Assembly (NCBI GenBank): GCA_028534125.1
Contig: CM052816.1
Location: 24,554,001 to 24,618,000 of the forward strand
DNA length: 64,000 nt
From: Lama glama
Taxonomy: Eukaryota
Direction: 5' to 3'
The notes beneath the pieces are model-generated. The model did not search any database. It was given only the letters and a program-made list of their open reading frames with translations, and had not been told where the DNA came from. The position numbers and the translations under genes are program-made. This document shows, piece by piece, positions 9,970-22,843 of the stretch (within the stretch, counting starts at the first letter, position 1; each line of letters starts with the position of its first letter).

Positions 9970-11796
9970 AATTTTTTTTTCTTTTCTTATTTAAAACTTG
10001 AGGTATAATTGACATATAACATCATATTAATTTCAGGTGTACAACATAATGATTTAATACTTGTGTATATGCTAAATGATGACCACAGTTAGTCTAGTTA
10101 ACATCACCATACAGTTACAATTTTTTTCCTTGTAATGAGAACTTTTTTAAGATCTGTTCTCTTAGCAACTTTCAAGTATGCAATACAGTATTATCAACTA
10201 TAGTCATCATGCTGTACATTACATAACCATGACTTATTTATTTTATAACTGAATGTTTGTACCTTTTTAACCTCTTCACCCATTCCCACCCCTGCCACCT
10301 CCACTCCCTGCCTTTTGCAACCACCAAACTATTCTCTGTATCTGTATTGTTGTTGCTTTTTTAAGATTCTATATATATATGAGATCATAGGATATTTCTT
10401 TCTCTGTCTGATTTATTCCACTAAGCATAGTGCCCTCAAGGTCTATCCATATTGTCACAAATGGCAAATTTTCATTCTTTTTTATGGCTGAATAATATTC
10501 CATTGTGTATATTTTGTGTGTGTGTATAAATTTATGTGTGTTTATACATACATATATTTATGTGTGTGTGTGTACGTGTGTGTGTGTATATATCTTTATT
10601 CATTCATCCATCTATAGACAATTAGGTTGTTTCCCTATCTTGGCTATTGTAAATAATGATGCAGTGAACATGGGGGTGTATATATCTTTTTGAGTTAGTG
10701 TTTTCATTTTCTTCAGATAAATACCCAGAAGTGATATTGCTGGGTTGTATGGTAGTTCTACTTTTAATTTTTTGAGAAAACTTCATAGTGATTTCCATAG
10801 TGGCTTACCAATTTATATTCCCACCAACAGTGCACAAGGGTTCTCTTTTCTCCATCCTCACCAACATTTGTTATTTCTTTTTCGTAACAGCCATTTTAAC
10901 AGTGTGAAATATGGTTTTGATTTGCATTTCCCTAATGATTAGTGATTTTGAGCATCTTTTCCTGTGCCTATTGGCCATCTGTATATCTTCCTTGGAAAAA
11001 TGTCTGTTCAGATACTCTGCCCATTTTTTCAACAGATTGTTTTTTGTTTTTCGTTTTGTTTTTTTGGCTATTGAATTGTATGAGTTCTTTATATATCATT
11101 TATATATATTAATTAGCCCCATCAGATACGTGGTTTGCAAATATTTTCTCCCATTCTGTAGGTTGCTTTTTCATTTTGTTTCCTTTGCTAAAAAGCAGAA
11201 GCTTTTTGTTTGATATAGTCCCACTTATTTTTGCTTTTAGTATCTTTGCTTGTGATGTCAGATCCAAAAAATCATTGCCAAGACTGATGTCAAGGAGTTT
11301 ACTGCTTATGTTTCTCTTTTAGGAGTTTTGTGGTTTCAGGTCTTAGCTTCAAGTCTTTAATCCATTTTGAGTTAATTTTTGTGTATGATGTAAGATCGAT
11401 GTCCAGTTTCATTCTTTTGCATGTGGCTTTCTAGTTTTCCCAACACCATTTATTGATGATGCTGTCCTTTCTCCATTGTATATTCTTGCTTGCTTTGTCA
11501 TAAATTGACCATATCTGTGTGGGTTTATTTCTGAGCTCTCTGTTCTGTTCCATTGACCTCTGTGTCTGTTTTTATGCCAGGATCATTACTGTTCTGATTC
11601 CTATGGCTTGGTGATAAAGTTTGAAATCAGGAAATGTGTTGCTGCCTCCTTTGTTCCTCTTTCTCAAGTTTGCTTTGTTTGGCTATTCGGGTCTTTTGTG
11701 ATTTCATACAAATTTTAGGAGTTTGCTCTATTTTTGTGAAAAATGGCATTGTAATTTTGATCAGGACGGCACTGAATCTGTAGATTGCTTTGGGTG
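9970..11796 (-). mobile_element. L1 3' portion (L1MA-like), ORF2 end and 3'UTR, with an internal (TG)n/(TA)n tract
   Basis: T tail, ttgaggtataattgacata, antisense ORF2 phrases ([16 protein letters not shown], gtagattgctttgggt). Confidence 0.9.
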
Positions 11797-13459
11797 AAGC
11801 TTAGCATCTGGAAAAAAATGAAAGTGCTATAAACTTAGTGGTCAAAGATGCTCCATTTAATGTCTCTCATTTTTTTTTTAAAGTCAAGAAGTGGTAGTTT
11901 CATCATTATTAGCAGGGATAGGTTTAAAAGAAGTGTATGAAAATAATATTATATCACTGAGCTCCTTTGTAGGAAGATCCCAAATGACAGAATTAACTGT
12001 TACTGATGAGTAGAATTTTGACTTTGAGAAAATGCTTGACAGCAAAAATCACCTGGTGCTCCTTAACATGTTAGTGTCCACGACCTTTAGATCACCAGAA
12101 ACAAATAAATAAGGAAAGTATCAACTGGATTTAACTGTTCAGGATGCATATAGCAAACCAGCATACAACACAGTTCACATCTAAGTGGGAAACTTTCAGT
12201 CTGACTCCAGTGAACTTATGAATTGAGAAGAGTTGTGGAAGGCAAGGAAAAGGCATTTTAAAAATGTGTCTGGGATGGTTTCAAAGAATTTCATAAATGA
12301 ATACCTAGGAAATGCCTTGGAGTGTTGGCGGCATATATTTTGGAAAGTATTTTAGAGGCTTGAGAGGGAGTAATAGTATTTCTCATTTATATTTGTAAGA
12401 CTTGTAATTTCTGTTTACTAAAATAGAATGTATTTAAAGTTTTGTTTGTTTTTCTGACTCTAGGAAGGTAACATTCAGTTTTAAAGGGCAAGGTGTATGG
12501 TAGGTATTTGCTATTGTTTTGGCCACTCGGCATCTGAAACTCCTTTCTGTGTTGGAATTTCCTGCTTTTGTGTCTAGAAGGTGGAGGGTGGAAAATCCTA
12601 GATGCTTGCTTTCTCCTTTGGAGTTCATATGCAGACATGTGACCTGCTGTCACCATTCAGATCTACCTGCACTCGATTTTGACTAGGAGCTAGTAACACA
12701 AAAATAAAATAGGCAGCAACATCCCCAAAGCAAAAATAATAACTAAATCTAGAAACGATGAAGTGTTTTCTCTCTTTTTTGGAAGAGTCAGCTGTAGCAG
12801 CTGTTGGAAAAAACCACTAAAAAAAAGTGCCTCTTGGTGCAGGACTAGCAGCAGTGTTGTTTATGGGGGGCAGGACAGGGGGAAGTACAGTTCTAAGATC
12901 TGATTCCACTTAATATTTTTAATCAATTTGATTAAAAAGTAGCAGCTGGTCATTATACAAAATTTAGGAACTATAGAAAGTCAATGTATACGTGCTTCCG
13001 TGTGTGTGTGTACGTGTACACACACATATGTAGGAGTTTCTTTACCGCATTGGATCATACCCTATAGTTTTATGTTTACTCTTTTAATGCTATTTTCTAT
13101 GCCATTTTTGGACAATTCTAAATAGCGACATACTTTAACTGTTCAGCTATTGAATAGAGTCTCTAATATTTTGCTGTTAAAGCTTCAAAGAATATTCTTA
13201 TATATAAATCTTTGACTAGATCTCTGCTTTTTCCTTTGGGATACATTCCTGGATAGCAGATTATGAATTCAGTAAAATTTGAAGCTTTTAAAGGCTCTTT
13301 GTACAGTTGTAAAATTTCTCTCCAGAGGTGGCTGATCCACTGTTGAATCTCTAATGGATTTTAACTATAAAGCACTGACAGAACTTTCATAAGACTGGAT
13401 TGTCAGACTGCAAACATTTAAAAGAATGAACATGGTTCCCGTTAGGAGTGTACTACTTG

Positions 13460-13660
13460 CCTCACATGGCAACGTGCTTTAGAGACATTATCACATTTAA
13501 TCCTCACAATGGCACTTTCATTGGTACTTTTATCTCATCAATAAAATGGGGGGAAATGACCAGATATTTTGCTTAAGATCACATAACTCATAAAATGACG
13601 ACTCAGGAATCAAGCATCGGTTTTCTGATTTCAAAGTTCATTTTCATTCCCTTATATCAT
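13460..13660 (-). mobile_element. MIR SINE
   Basis: catttaatcctcacaa...cttaagatcacataact...ctcagga.tcaa. Confidence 0.55.
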
Positions 13661-13819
13661 TGCAACCCAAGACCTTAAATCATTTTGTTTTAAATGAATA
13701 CTTGGGAGGAAAGATGTATGGGTCAATTGGAAGCAGGAAAAAGGAGGTGAGAAGCAGTTAAAAGGCATGTCGTCTTAGTTAAAGGGATTTACAAACTGAC
13801 AAAACACAGTGTTGGCTGG

Positions 13820-15016
13820 GCATTTTAGCCAATGAGCATTTATTAAAAGCCAGGGGTGCACCAGGCACAGTTCTTGTGCAGCAGGCTAGCAAATACAAAT
13901 GATGTAGCCAATTCACTTGTTAGTTTATCTGATTAAACAAAATACATTTCATAGAAATGATTATAAAATGCATTGTAGATAAACGGAATATCTTTTATAT
14001 TACAGATCTTAGGGTACCTAAATAATTATTAATAAAAACCAGCCAACCCACATGGTAAATAGAAGTTAGCAAACCACCAGTTACATATTTTAGTCAGCAA
14101 AAGAGAAAAACATGCTATCATCATGCTGCACTGGGTTTCAGCATTAATTACGGACATCCTGTTCCGAAATGAACATAGTCCACGTACATTCTTAAAAATT
14201 CAATGTTTTTCATCTGGTTTCAAATCAGTATTATACTTTTTGTTTTAAAGATTAGTTCTGGTTTCAAAGTAAGTTTAATTTAGTGCTTTAGTCTCATGTC
14301 TCACAGATTCGTGATCTGGGGAGAATCAGTCCTATTAAGTATTAGTTAGAGGAACAAAACATAAAACGGGATAGTTTAATCTGCTTTGCTTGATATTTTT
14401 GCCAATATTCAACTGACAAGATACAAGGTGACTTAAACCAGAACATAATAGCAGAAGGAAAAAGACCCCAAAACTAAAAATGTTATTTATTTGAATCAAA
14501 TCTATCCATTAGAGCTTTTTTTTTTTTCCTTCACTTTTTTGGCAAGTCATGGCAAACTCTTTCAAGGACCATATCAAGTTTGTTGGCACATGATATATCC
14601 TTTAGTTTGAAGGCTGGTTAAGCGGGCTATATGGGGAGAAGAGGAATGTGGGTAGGACTTAAAAGGCACGGAGTGGAGTGTGTTTGGTGACACAGTCACA
14701 ATAACCCACTGAACCACACTCATCCAAGAGTGACCACTGGGCCCTTCCTGAGACCTCCAGAGATGGGTCTGTTTTCTTCAGGCAGCAATACTGAAAACGT
14801 CCTCAGAGAGTCAAGGTCCACTTTTATTGCACAGGAACCAAAATTGTCCCCCTTTCCCCCTTTCCTGAGCCAGAGACCTCCAGGGGCAAGCATGGCTGGG
14901 GTTGCCCGTCCGCTCGCTCCTCTGGCCGACAGGGAGTGCTCCACCAGAACACCTCGGGGAGCACCTACTTGAAAGGGAAGTGCGAGGTATTCCATTAGCC
15001 CAAGCAGTCTGGCCGG
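13820..15016 (-). other. GRAMD2B: GRAMD2B 3'UTR (distal end uncertain)
   Basis: Non-repetitive, increasingly AT-rich sequence after the stop codon; minus-strand AATAAA at 14823-14828, 14486-14491 and 13839-13844, ATTAAA at 14274-14279. Confidence 0.6.
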
Positions 15017-15058
15017 TCAGTCCCCATTCTCAAGCAGCTTTTGTAAGTTGTTTTGTAT
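15017..15058 (-). CDS. GRAMD2B: GRAMD2B exon 14 coding part (42 bp): IQNNLQKLLENGD*
   Basis: Acceptor tattatttcaag; TGA stop at 15019-15017; matches recalled human C-terminus. Confidence 0.95.
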   Translation of the reverse strand: MQNNLQKLLENGD

Positions 15059-16279
15059 CTTGAAATAATAAGAGAAAAGCTCCTGTTATTAAATAGAATG
15101 GAGTATATTAAGGTCATATTTGCTATGGCCTATATAATGCTTCAGATTAATCTATTCTGCCTTGAATAAAAAGCTACACATGGGTTAAATTTAGACCAAG
15201 CAAATAAATGCATTGTCATGGAATAGAATTCTATTTGACAATCCATTTTAAAATGAAAAGAGACAAGGTGAAAAATGAAAGAGTGGAACAAAGATGAAAA
15301 TGTCAGGAGAGACGAAGAGAAACAGAACAAAAGCTCAGGCAACACCAGGTGTGACCCAGATGCATTCAGTGACAATGAGAAGCTGGTTTTGACAAAGTCC
15401 ATCTAATGGTCTGAATCAGACAAACACCACAAATAATGAACACCCGCGTCAGGTACAACATTTCCCAGAAGACAGAACTGCACAGGGACCATGCCTGTCT
15501 TTGGATCTCAAGACCACAGTACAGTGTTGGGGGCTGAAAATACGCTTGGTAAATGTTTGTTGGGTAAACGAACTAGGAATTCTCAAGAACCAATACTGCG
15601 ATGGGAGTAGGGAACCCCGTGGAACAAAAGGAAGAGAACATAGTCTTCTTTTGGGAGGACAGGCACACACAGGGTAAGTGGAGAGGAAGAGATCTAATCA
15701 GCACGTGCCGGGAACATGTGTGGCCACCGTAACCACACACCACCACCCAGAGGCAGGTTTTACACATGAATCAAAGGACCAGAGCATTTATGTAACAAGA
15801 CCAGTCACACAGTTCGTTAAGTGGCAGAGTAGGGAAAAGAACAGACATCTGACTCCAGAGTTTATGCTCTTTCCTCTGCACTGTTCCACCAGTAATGCCA
15901 TTTCCAGCGCTAAGAAAGTATTTACTTCTTACCTGTAGAATGCACTGCCTTTATCACCCACATTCCTACTTCATGTCTTCCCTACCCATCCCTCAGGACC
16001 AAAGATAAATGAAAAAGCAGGAAAGGAAAGGTAGAAAAAAAAATGAAATAAAAGACATACCCAAAATATTTAAAACACCTACAAAGACAACAACCCCAAA
16101 AGTAAAACAAAGGAGATAAATGGGCAATTTTTAGAAGAAAATCCATATGGCCAACAAATACATCAAAACATGCTCAAGTGCAGTAATAATCAGGAAAGTA
16201 AAAACAAAAACCATACTGAAATCTGATTTCACACTATCAGACTAGCAGGAGGGGCCGCAACGGAGAATTTGAGGAGACA

Positions 16280-16450
16280 CTGGTAGCTGGATTGTGCAGG
16301 ACTTGTCAACTAATTGGTCTATCAGTGACAAGTGAAAAAGCCCGGAGTTAAAAATTATTCTTAAATTTCCCACGAGGACTGAAAGGGCAGTGATGCCATG
16401 GACAGAAATTGAGATGTTACACACAGGGCAGGTCAAGGGGCTGAGACGTG
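16280..16450 (-). mobile_element. L2 fragment
   Basis: gcaggactt...taattgg...ggagttaaaaattattcttaaattt...gtgatgccatggacagaaat is typical of L2. Confidence 0.45.
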
Positions 16451-17574
16451 AGCAGTCCCTGCGGAGTAGGAGTGGCTGGTATTGCGTGGGCAGAGCTGAG
16501 ACTTGGCTCCAGTTTCCCACAGCTGCTGTCCGCCCACCGTGCCGGGCCCCTGGGGCACCGCCAGACCGCCTGTGGCGGGTGGGGGTGAGCAGGCCCAGCC
16601 ACGAGAACTCTGTGGCCTGTTTTTATGCCAAGATCCCTGTGAGCAATGTGTGCAACTAAGGACTTTTTACAACTTCAACAGGTGCAAATTTTGACCCTAA
16701 ATCCACTCTTCTGCTCCGGGACCAAGGTTTCTGTTGGTCCTACCCGCCTCCTAGCTGAGCAGCTGGGCTCCGTCTGAAGCCCTGCACAAGATGGAGCCAG
16801 CTGCCTGCCTGTAGTGGACAAGCTTTCCTGTTTTCCAGTCCCTCACTGTGGAATGTGGTGTCCCCACCAGGCCCAGCAGGAGAGTGGGAAGAAGTGCAAA
16901 AGAGAGCAGCAGGGTTCTGGGTGCTTCCAGTCCAAAGAACATCACTGCATGCCAGAGTGAGCGAACGAGAAAACTACCACCACCCTGTTCTCTAGGTCAG
17001 CATGGAAGCCAAACATTTCATCAAAGAATTTTTTTTTTATCCTCAATTCTTAGCAACTAACATTTCCCAAAGGGAAACAATTTTGGTTGCCACCCCATAC
17101 CTTCTCTAGGTTGATTCTGGATTTCAAAGAGAAAAAATTTCCAAGGTTATCCACCGATACAGTGATTCAGTGGGAATGATCTGTCATGCTTTGGTTTAGA
17201 ACAGAAGTTTGCCAACTCCTTTGCTCTACATACTTAACTGGTTACATGCTAGATACCATTCAGTATCGAAGGACAAGTATAACTTGACTCATTTGTATTT
17301 CATGTTCTCAAGTGAGCTTAACTGCACTATTAAGGAAAGCCACCAGATACTGGGCTTTGGTGCCAACGATGTGAACAATTCACTGTAAACCTTTTCTTCA
17401 GGGTTAAGGGTCAAGACAAAGCCTCAGATGGGAAGGGACAGACATGCTGAAAGGAGAAGTAAGCGATGTTAACTTGGTTTAGCTTTGGAATATTTCTGGC
17501 ATGCCTACCTTCTCCTGTTCACCCCCCCTGTTCAGTGGCCTTATTCTCAGAGCCGGAGGTTGGGTTCTGGGGAG

Positions 17575-17740
17575 CAGTAAAGCAGAGGGCTTCTAAGCAC
17601 AACGCTGGAGTCAGAGCCAGTTCAAATTTCCAGGTCTGCCAGCTTTTGAGGTGTGTCTCCTTGAGCAAGTTAACTTGAAACTTTGGTTCTTTTGTCAGAT
17701 GGAAATAATGACACGTATGGTATAGAGACTGCATGCAATA
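17575..17740 (+). mobile_element. MIR SINE
   Basis: ctggagtcaga...ttcaaat...cttgagcaagttaactt...tgtcagatggaaataat. Confidence 0.6.
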
Positions 17741-18071
17741 TTCTGTGTGTGGCACCGGTCAGCCTGGGTGGCGCTGGGGCTGTCCTCTCTGGTCGGGACA
17801 CTCCCTGCTGTGTCCCTCCCCTGAGCCTTGGGTCAGCTGTCACTTCCTGCTGGGCCCTGCGGTGCAGAGCATTATTTCTAACCGATGCGGAAAACCACAA
17901 GATCAACCAACACGGAAAATAATCTTGAAACCTATTTGTGGAAAATTCCCTGGCTGGGCTTGGTCATTTACCCTGCCTGCTTGCACACCAGTGAGTGTGT
18001 AACCCCTGACCTACGGCCACGGACAGGTACTACTGCGACTGTCCCCAGAAAGATGGAAAGAAAGCCGTCAC

Positions 18072-18165
18072 CTTTTCTAATCTCATTATGTTAGCTGTGA
18101 GCTCTTGGCAGAGGACCTCCACATTCAGCTGTACTTGTGACCCCAGGCCGGATGGTGCTGTCTGT
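18072..18165 (-). CDS. GRAMD2B: GRAMD2B exon 13 (94 bp): QTAPSGLGSQVQLNVEVLCQELTANIMRLEK
   Basis: Acceptor tttgttcttacag, donor AAG|gtgacg. Confidence 0.94.
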
Positions 18166-18814
18166 CTGTAAGAACAAAGAGAAGAACTATTGTGGGCAGG
18201 GATGGCAAAGAAAGAAGTGGGATGAACACAGTTTAAATTGATTCGAACAGAAACCTAGGTTAAAATAGAAGACAGTAAGCATTTAACATCTTAACATCCG
18301 AAAGGCTCTGCAGTAATCCACAAGTCTGGATGAGATGTTTAGGGGACTAATTCTTCAAAGCTCAGCTGGAAGTCCCTCAAGCTATTTTTGTTTAAGTGGC
18401 GGTGTTGTGCGATCAGACAATTATTCTCAAGCACGCGGTTTCTTAGATCCTATTTATTAACTCCTGGTATCCTCTCTCTGCCCACAACAGCACATTTTGC
18501 AAGGATTTTGATCTTCTCAGTCATATACACAGTGCTTATGGGGGAAGCAACCACTTACACTAGAACTTTCATAACATTTAAGAATGTCTTTATCTAATCA
18601 AATGTCTATTGACATGTGAGACATTTGTAGTTCCTTCTTTGAGACCTGCTGTACAAACAGAATCGCCCTTGTAATATAACTGATGTAGTCACTATTTGCC
18701 ATTTGACTTTTACTCTGGGGTCCACTGAAGTCCTATGCCTGCTAAAACTAGGAAATTTAGAGTTGTGTGTACTTTTTCCTGGAGAGTTGGTCTAAAACCC
18801 TGTATTAGATTTTC

Positions 18815-18973
18815 TTTTTCGGTGGGGAGGGTACTTAGGTTTATTTATTTACTTACTTATTTTATTTTATTTTATTTATTTTTAGAGGAGATACTGGAGA
18901 TTGAACCCAGGACCTTGTGCATGCTAAAAAAATAAGCACATGCTCTACCACTGAGCTAGACCCTGCTCCCCTT
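18815..18973 (-). mobile_element. tRNA-derived SINE (Vic-1-like, camelid)
   Basis: Pol III A box (tagctcagtggtagagc) and B box (ggttcaatc) on the minus strand, AT-rich tail, target-site duplication (TSD) tattagattttc at 18803-18814 and 18974-18985. Confidence 0.88.
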
Positions 18974-20169
18974 TATTAGATTTTCATTTTAAGGTTAAGA
19001 ACCATGGTCTGTATCTCCTCTGTATTTCTCAGTTGTAATTTAATTTTAGCTGTCAAATTTTTAGATGGCAATGACTGGTCTAATTTATTTTACATATGAT
19101 CCGTTTTTAAGATAAAGGCACTTGGCAACTTACTGATGATTACCTTAACTGTGAAGACAGTGGTCAGATGTGTTTCATTGTGTAGTACCAAGACAGTTTT
19201 TTCCTTTATCCTTGATCTATAGCATCAAAACCTTAGATTCCAAGAAGGAAACTGAATCTAAATTTTCTGGTGTCTAGATGAGGGATCTGAGACCCAGAGT
19301 ACTAATTTATCTACATGAAATTCTGACGGACTCTGACGGTCTGTAGGCTGTGAACATACTAACAAAGCTAGTACCCTGTATGTATTCAGACAGATGTCTC
19401 TGCCTCTGCAGTAACAAAACCACCAGATTACAAGTGTGGCTTCAGCTACCTGGGCAACATGAGTGGATGACCCTGGATGAAGTAAGATACTGAGGAAGCT
19501 CGAGTCCTGTTAAATTACTTTATTAACAGACCTTATCATCAATGTGCCCTGACCTCCTGTCATATGTGACATTTGTGATCTTTTTCTTTTCAATGCTGTT
19601 TTTCTTGTACCCGCTCCTGGGCTGATTATTTAAAGAGCAGAAGAAATATTCCATTTGCCTTCCATTAGTGGAATTTCCTCCTCCTCATCACCAAGTTAAT
19701 TAAATGATAACAGGACATGAGGTATGTTTTCCTAATAAAATCCATCCCTTAAATGATAGTGAACTAAAAGTCTGCAATAATGTAGTCACCTTCTAGATCT
19801 AAGTCTATTAACATTATGAACAAGATGGCAGAAAGTAAGAGCAGGGTATGGATTTATTCCAAACCATTCTTTAGAGTTGGGTATTACTGCCTCAGATACA
19901 TATTTGTGGTTCAAAAATAACCTGTGCACCAGCATACTCATAAGTCACAAAAGACTTTATGATAACTGTTAAAGAATGTAAAAAGGCCCTAGAATGGTAT
20001 AGTATAATAGTTATCAAAGTGTAGACCCCAGGACAGCACCAGAAACTGGGGACTGGCCCTGCTGTCTGTTTTAAAAAGCCGCTCAGATGTTTGCCACACA
20101 CACTGAAAAGATCCTGACCCACTTCTAGGCTGTTCCTCACAAGCAGGGAACCACTGGTAGACTAGGAAG

Positions 20170-20330
20170 CCCATGGTCTTCGTAGTCATAGAGACCTGCA
20201 TTTGAATCCTAATTCCATCACAAACGAATTCTTTCTCTGAGTCTGTTTCCTCATCTGTAAAATGGGAATAATTGCTATCTTATAACATTTTGATGAAGAT
20301 ATAATGAGAGAAAATTGTTTGTATTGGTGT
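20170..20330 (+). mobile_element. MIR SINE
   Basis: tttgaatcct...tctctgagtctgtttcctcatctgtaaaatgggaataat. Confidence 0.7.
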
Positions 20331-21033
20331 ATGAACGTGTCTTTTCTAATACAGTCTCTAAGTCATGGTATATACTCTGTAAAGAATTATATCTAATTTT
20401 GAAACTTGGGCTAAAAGTATGCTTTTAACATGAAATTATTTTACCTTTTAGGGAATGTGTCAAAATCCTAATGTAGATAGGTTTAAAAGAACGACCTTTG
20501 TCAATAGATTTAATTAGGTCAGGCATGTTAAAAATACTGTGGTAGAAAATCTTCACAGACACATTTACCTAATTACTAGTCACGTGGATATTTACGGTGA
20601 TCAAGAGTTTTGTAAATAAATGAGTTCATATAAAGAGCTATATAGGATGAAATGTGCTAAGTTGCATGAATTGTCTTTTTTCTATAACTGTCTTGACTCA
20701 CTGCCATTTTATGAAGATAAACTTGAATACTTTAATAAATGGGCCAAGGTCACAACCGAGTCTTAGGATAAAAGAACAAGATACTGTCAAATTAGGCTTG
20801 TTTCTTGCCTTATCACTGGCAACACTATAGCAACTCAAGAACATGGAGAGTCAGGTCACTCATTTATTTTTAGGACCCTCCTGCCTCTTAACTTCCCATA
20901 TACACAGTTAACAAAATGTCTCATGCAGAATATATCCTCAATTAATGTTTGCTAAGAAGGATGCTAAGCTTAGGTTGAATTTTATACTAATGTGAAGAGC
21001 ACGCAGATGACAGCAAGGAGAGAACTGTCTTAC

Positions 21034-21138
21034 TCAGTCTGATGAGTGTCCACAATGGAGGTGAGTGAGCCCAGCCGCTCCTCCAGAGTATTAATTCTGT
21101 ATCTCATGTAGAAGGTCGAGATGATTAGTGCACAGACA
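21034..21138 (-). CDS. GRAMD2B: GRAMD2B exon 12 (105 bp): VCALIISTFYMRYRINTLEERLGSLTSIVDTHQT(E)
   Basis: Acceptor atccttttccag, donor TGA|gtaaga; rest of the hydrophobic TM segment. Confidence 0.95.
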
Positions 21139-22032
21139 CTGGAAAAGGATAAAAGAGAAATTCTCCATAGGTTAATGGCCAGGACCTGATGGTCATAAAA
21201 CAATAAATTCAGAGGCAACATTATACATTTGAGGCAAGATATTTTTCCAAAATAAATTGGCTAAAGAGACTTTAAAAAGGTTTTTTTTTTTTCCAACAAA
21301 CAGAAGCTTGTCACAAAAGTTTAGAACTAGAGGGATATTACTGAAAATTCTCTAATTCCTCAGTTTACAAATAACGGCCATTCAGCAGCATCACTTGAGG
21401 CCAGGCAGGGTAGAGGACTGAGCTGGTACCCCTCCTCCCACCAGGTACTGTGGGAGGCCCTGGCCAGTGCGGGTCCAGCCTTGTGACTCCCCAGATCCCT
21501 GCTTTATCTGGAAACCAAACTGGTGCATCCTCCTTGGTTGTGAGGAACAGCCTAGAACTGGGTCAGGCTATTTTTAGAAGAACAATTGGTTATAGACTGG
21601 AAGCTGAGGAGGAAGTTAAAGTCTATGCCTAAGCTTTCAATAAAAGTGGGTGACATTTTAAAGTTGTTTTGGTCTCTACCCAGAGGACATGGGAGAGACG
21701 GAAAACAACAGGAACAAAGATGCTTCGTAATTCAGGACCCGATTTCCCACCTGAGAGTATCCACCCAGAACTTAGTCCTCTGCTGGGTCTGGCATAGTTT
21801 GCTTTTCCTTCCTCCCTTCTCACTATTTTAAATAAGAAGGGGACAAATATGAAAATGTGACCTAAGTTTTAGAAAAAAGATGTTGAAGCAGGACACAAAA
21901 GTTGCCCCCCAGAAGATTTGGGTCACACTAGAGACAACTGAGATTCACAGTGACTCTTGGTAACGTGAGATTATTCTGTAAGTGGAAAGAAATCATGTTC
22001 TTAAGGCACTCATAGTAAATTCATTTACTTAC

Positions 22033-22120
22033 ACAACTGCATAGAATATAAGAATATGGTGGAGAGTTGGACATTTCTGAGACTTAACTCTGTGTACGAT
22101 TCCAATGGTTTCTGGCTGAC
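22033..22120 (-). CDS. GRAMD2B: GRAMD2B exon 11 (88 bp): QPETIGIVHRVKSQKCPTLHHILIFYAV(V), start of TM helix
   Basis: Tandem acceptor ttttccacccagcag, donor TGT|gtaagt. Confidence 0.93.
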
Positions 22121-22720
22121 CTGCTGGGTGGAAAACAGAAAGTTTTCAACTGTTTAAAAATGTTAACACATTTCTTCATGCAGCAGCACTCCTATAGGGA
22201 AGAAGCACTGGAGAGACAGAATTAATTCCAGCTAATAGAAATCAGAGAAAATACTAACTGAAGCATGCCGGTTCTCATTTTAACTGGTTACAATTCCTTC
22301 CCACGTGTTTCATTCAATAGATGTTTGTTGGGAGCTTTCTGTGTCAGGCATTGCGATGGAGGGCTGGTGAACAATACAGACACCATCCTCGATTTCCTAC
22401 TGGTACAGCTGGTAACCAGTTATTAGACTAATCAGTAAATAATAATTAAATAATTTGAATTTTACTAGTAAGTTTTGAATCACAGTCTCAAAGTATTCCG
22501 AACAATGAAGGGTCCTCCATGAAGGCTCTTCACCTTTGTATCCCCCATAGTAAAGCAGAGAACTGGGTACTGTTTGCTGAGTGAATAAATGAATTAATAT
22601 GCCAAGACCTACAGCAGGAAGGGAGGGAATAGGAAAGGCAGTCATAAAGTGAAACCTGGGGACCCTTTCAGAGTTACAAGCAGATGCTCCTGCCACCCCC
22701 CAAAATAATCTATTCCTTAC

Positions 22721-22843
22721 CATGCGCAGGGAGGCTCTTGGCTTTTCCTTCAGGTACTCTGTTCACGAGGGCATCTGCCCGAGTTGGTTTTGCTTCTCCC
22801 TTGGAGACATTCAGAACTGTCTGGGATTCTGTCACATGGAAAT
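22721..22843 (-). CDS. GRAMD2B: GRAMD2B exon 10 (123 bp): FHVTESQTVLNVSKGEAKPTRADALVNRVPEGKAKSLPAH(G)
   Basis: Acceptor ctgttttgatag, donor ATG|gtaagg. Confidence 0.94.

Noticed and set aside
1..13800. Exons of ALDH7A1, the downstream neighbour in human
   Set aside because: No aldehyde dehydrogenase-like coding sequence recognised; the gene presumably lies outside the window
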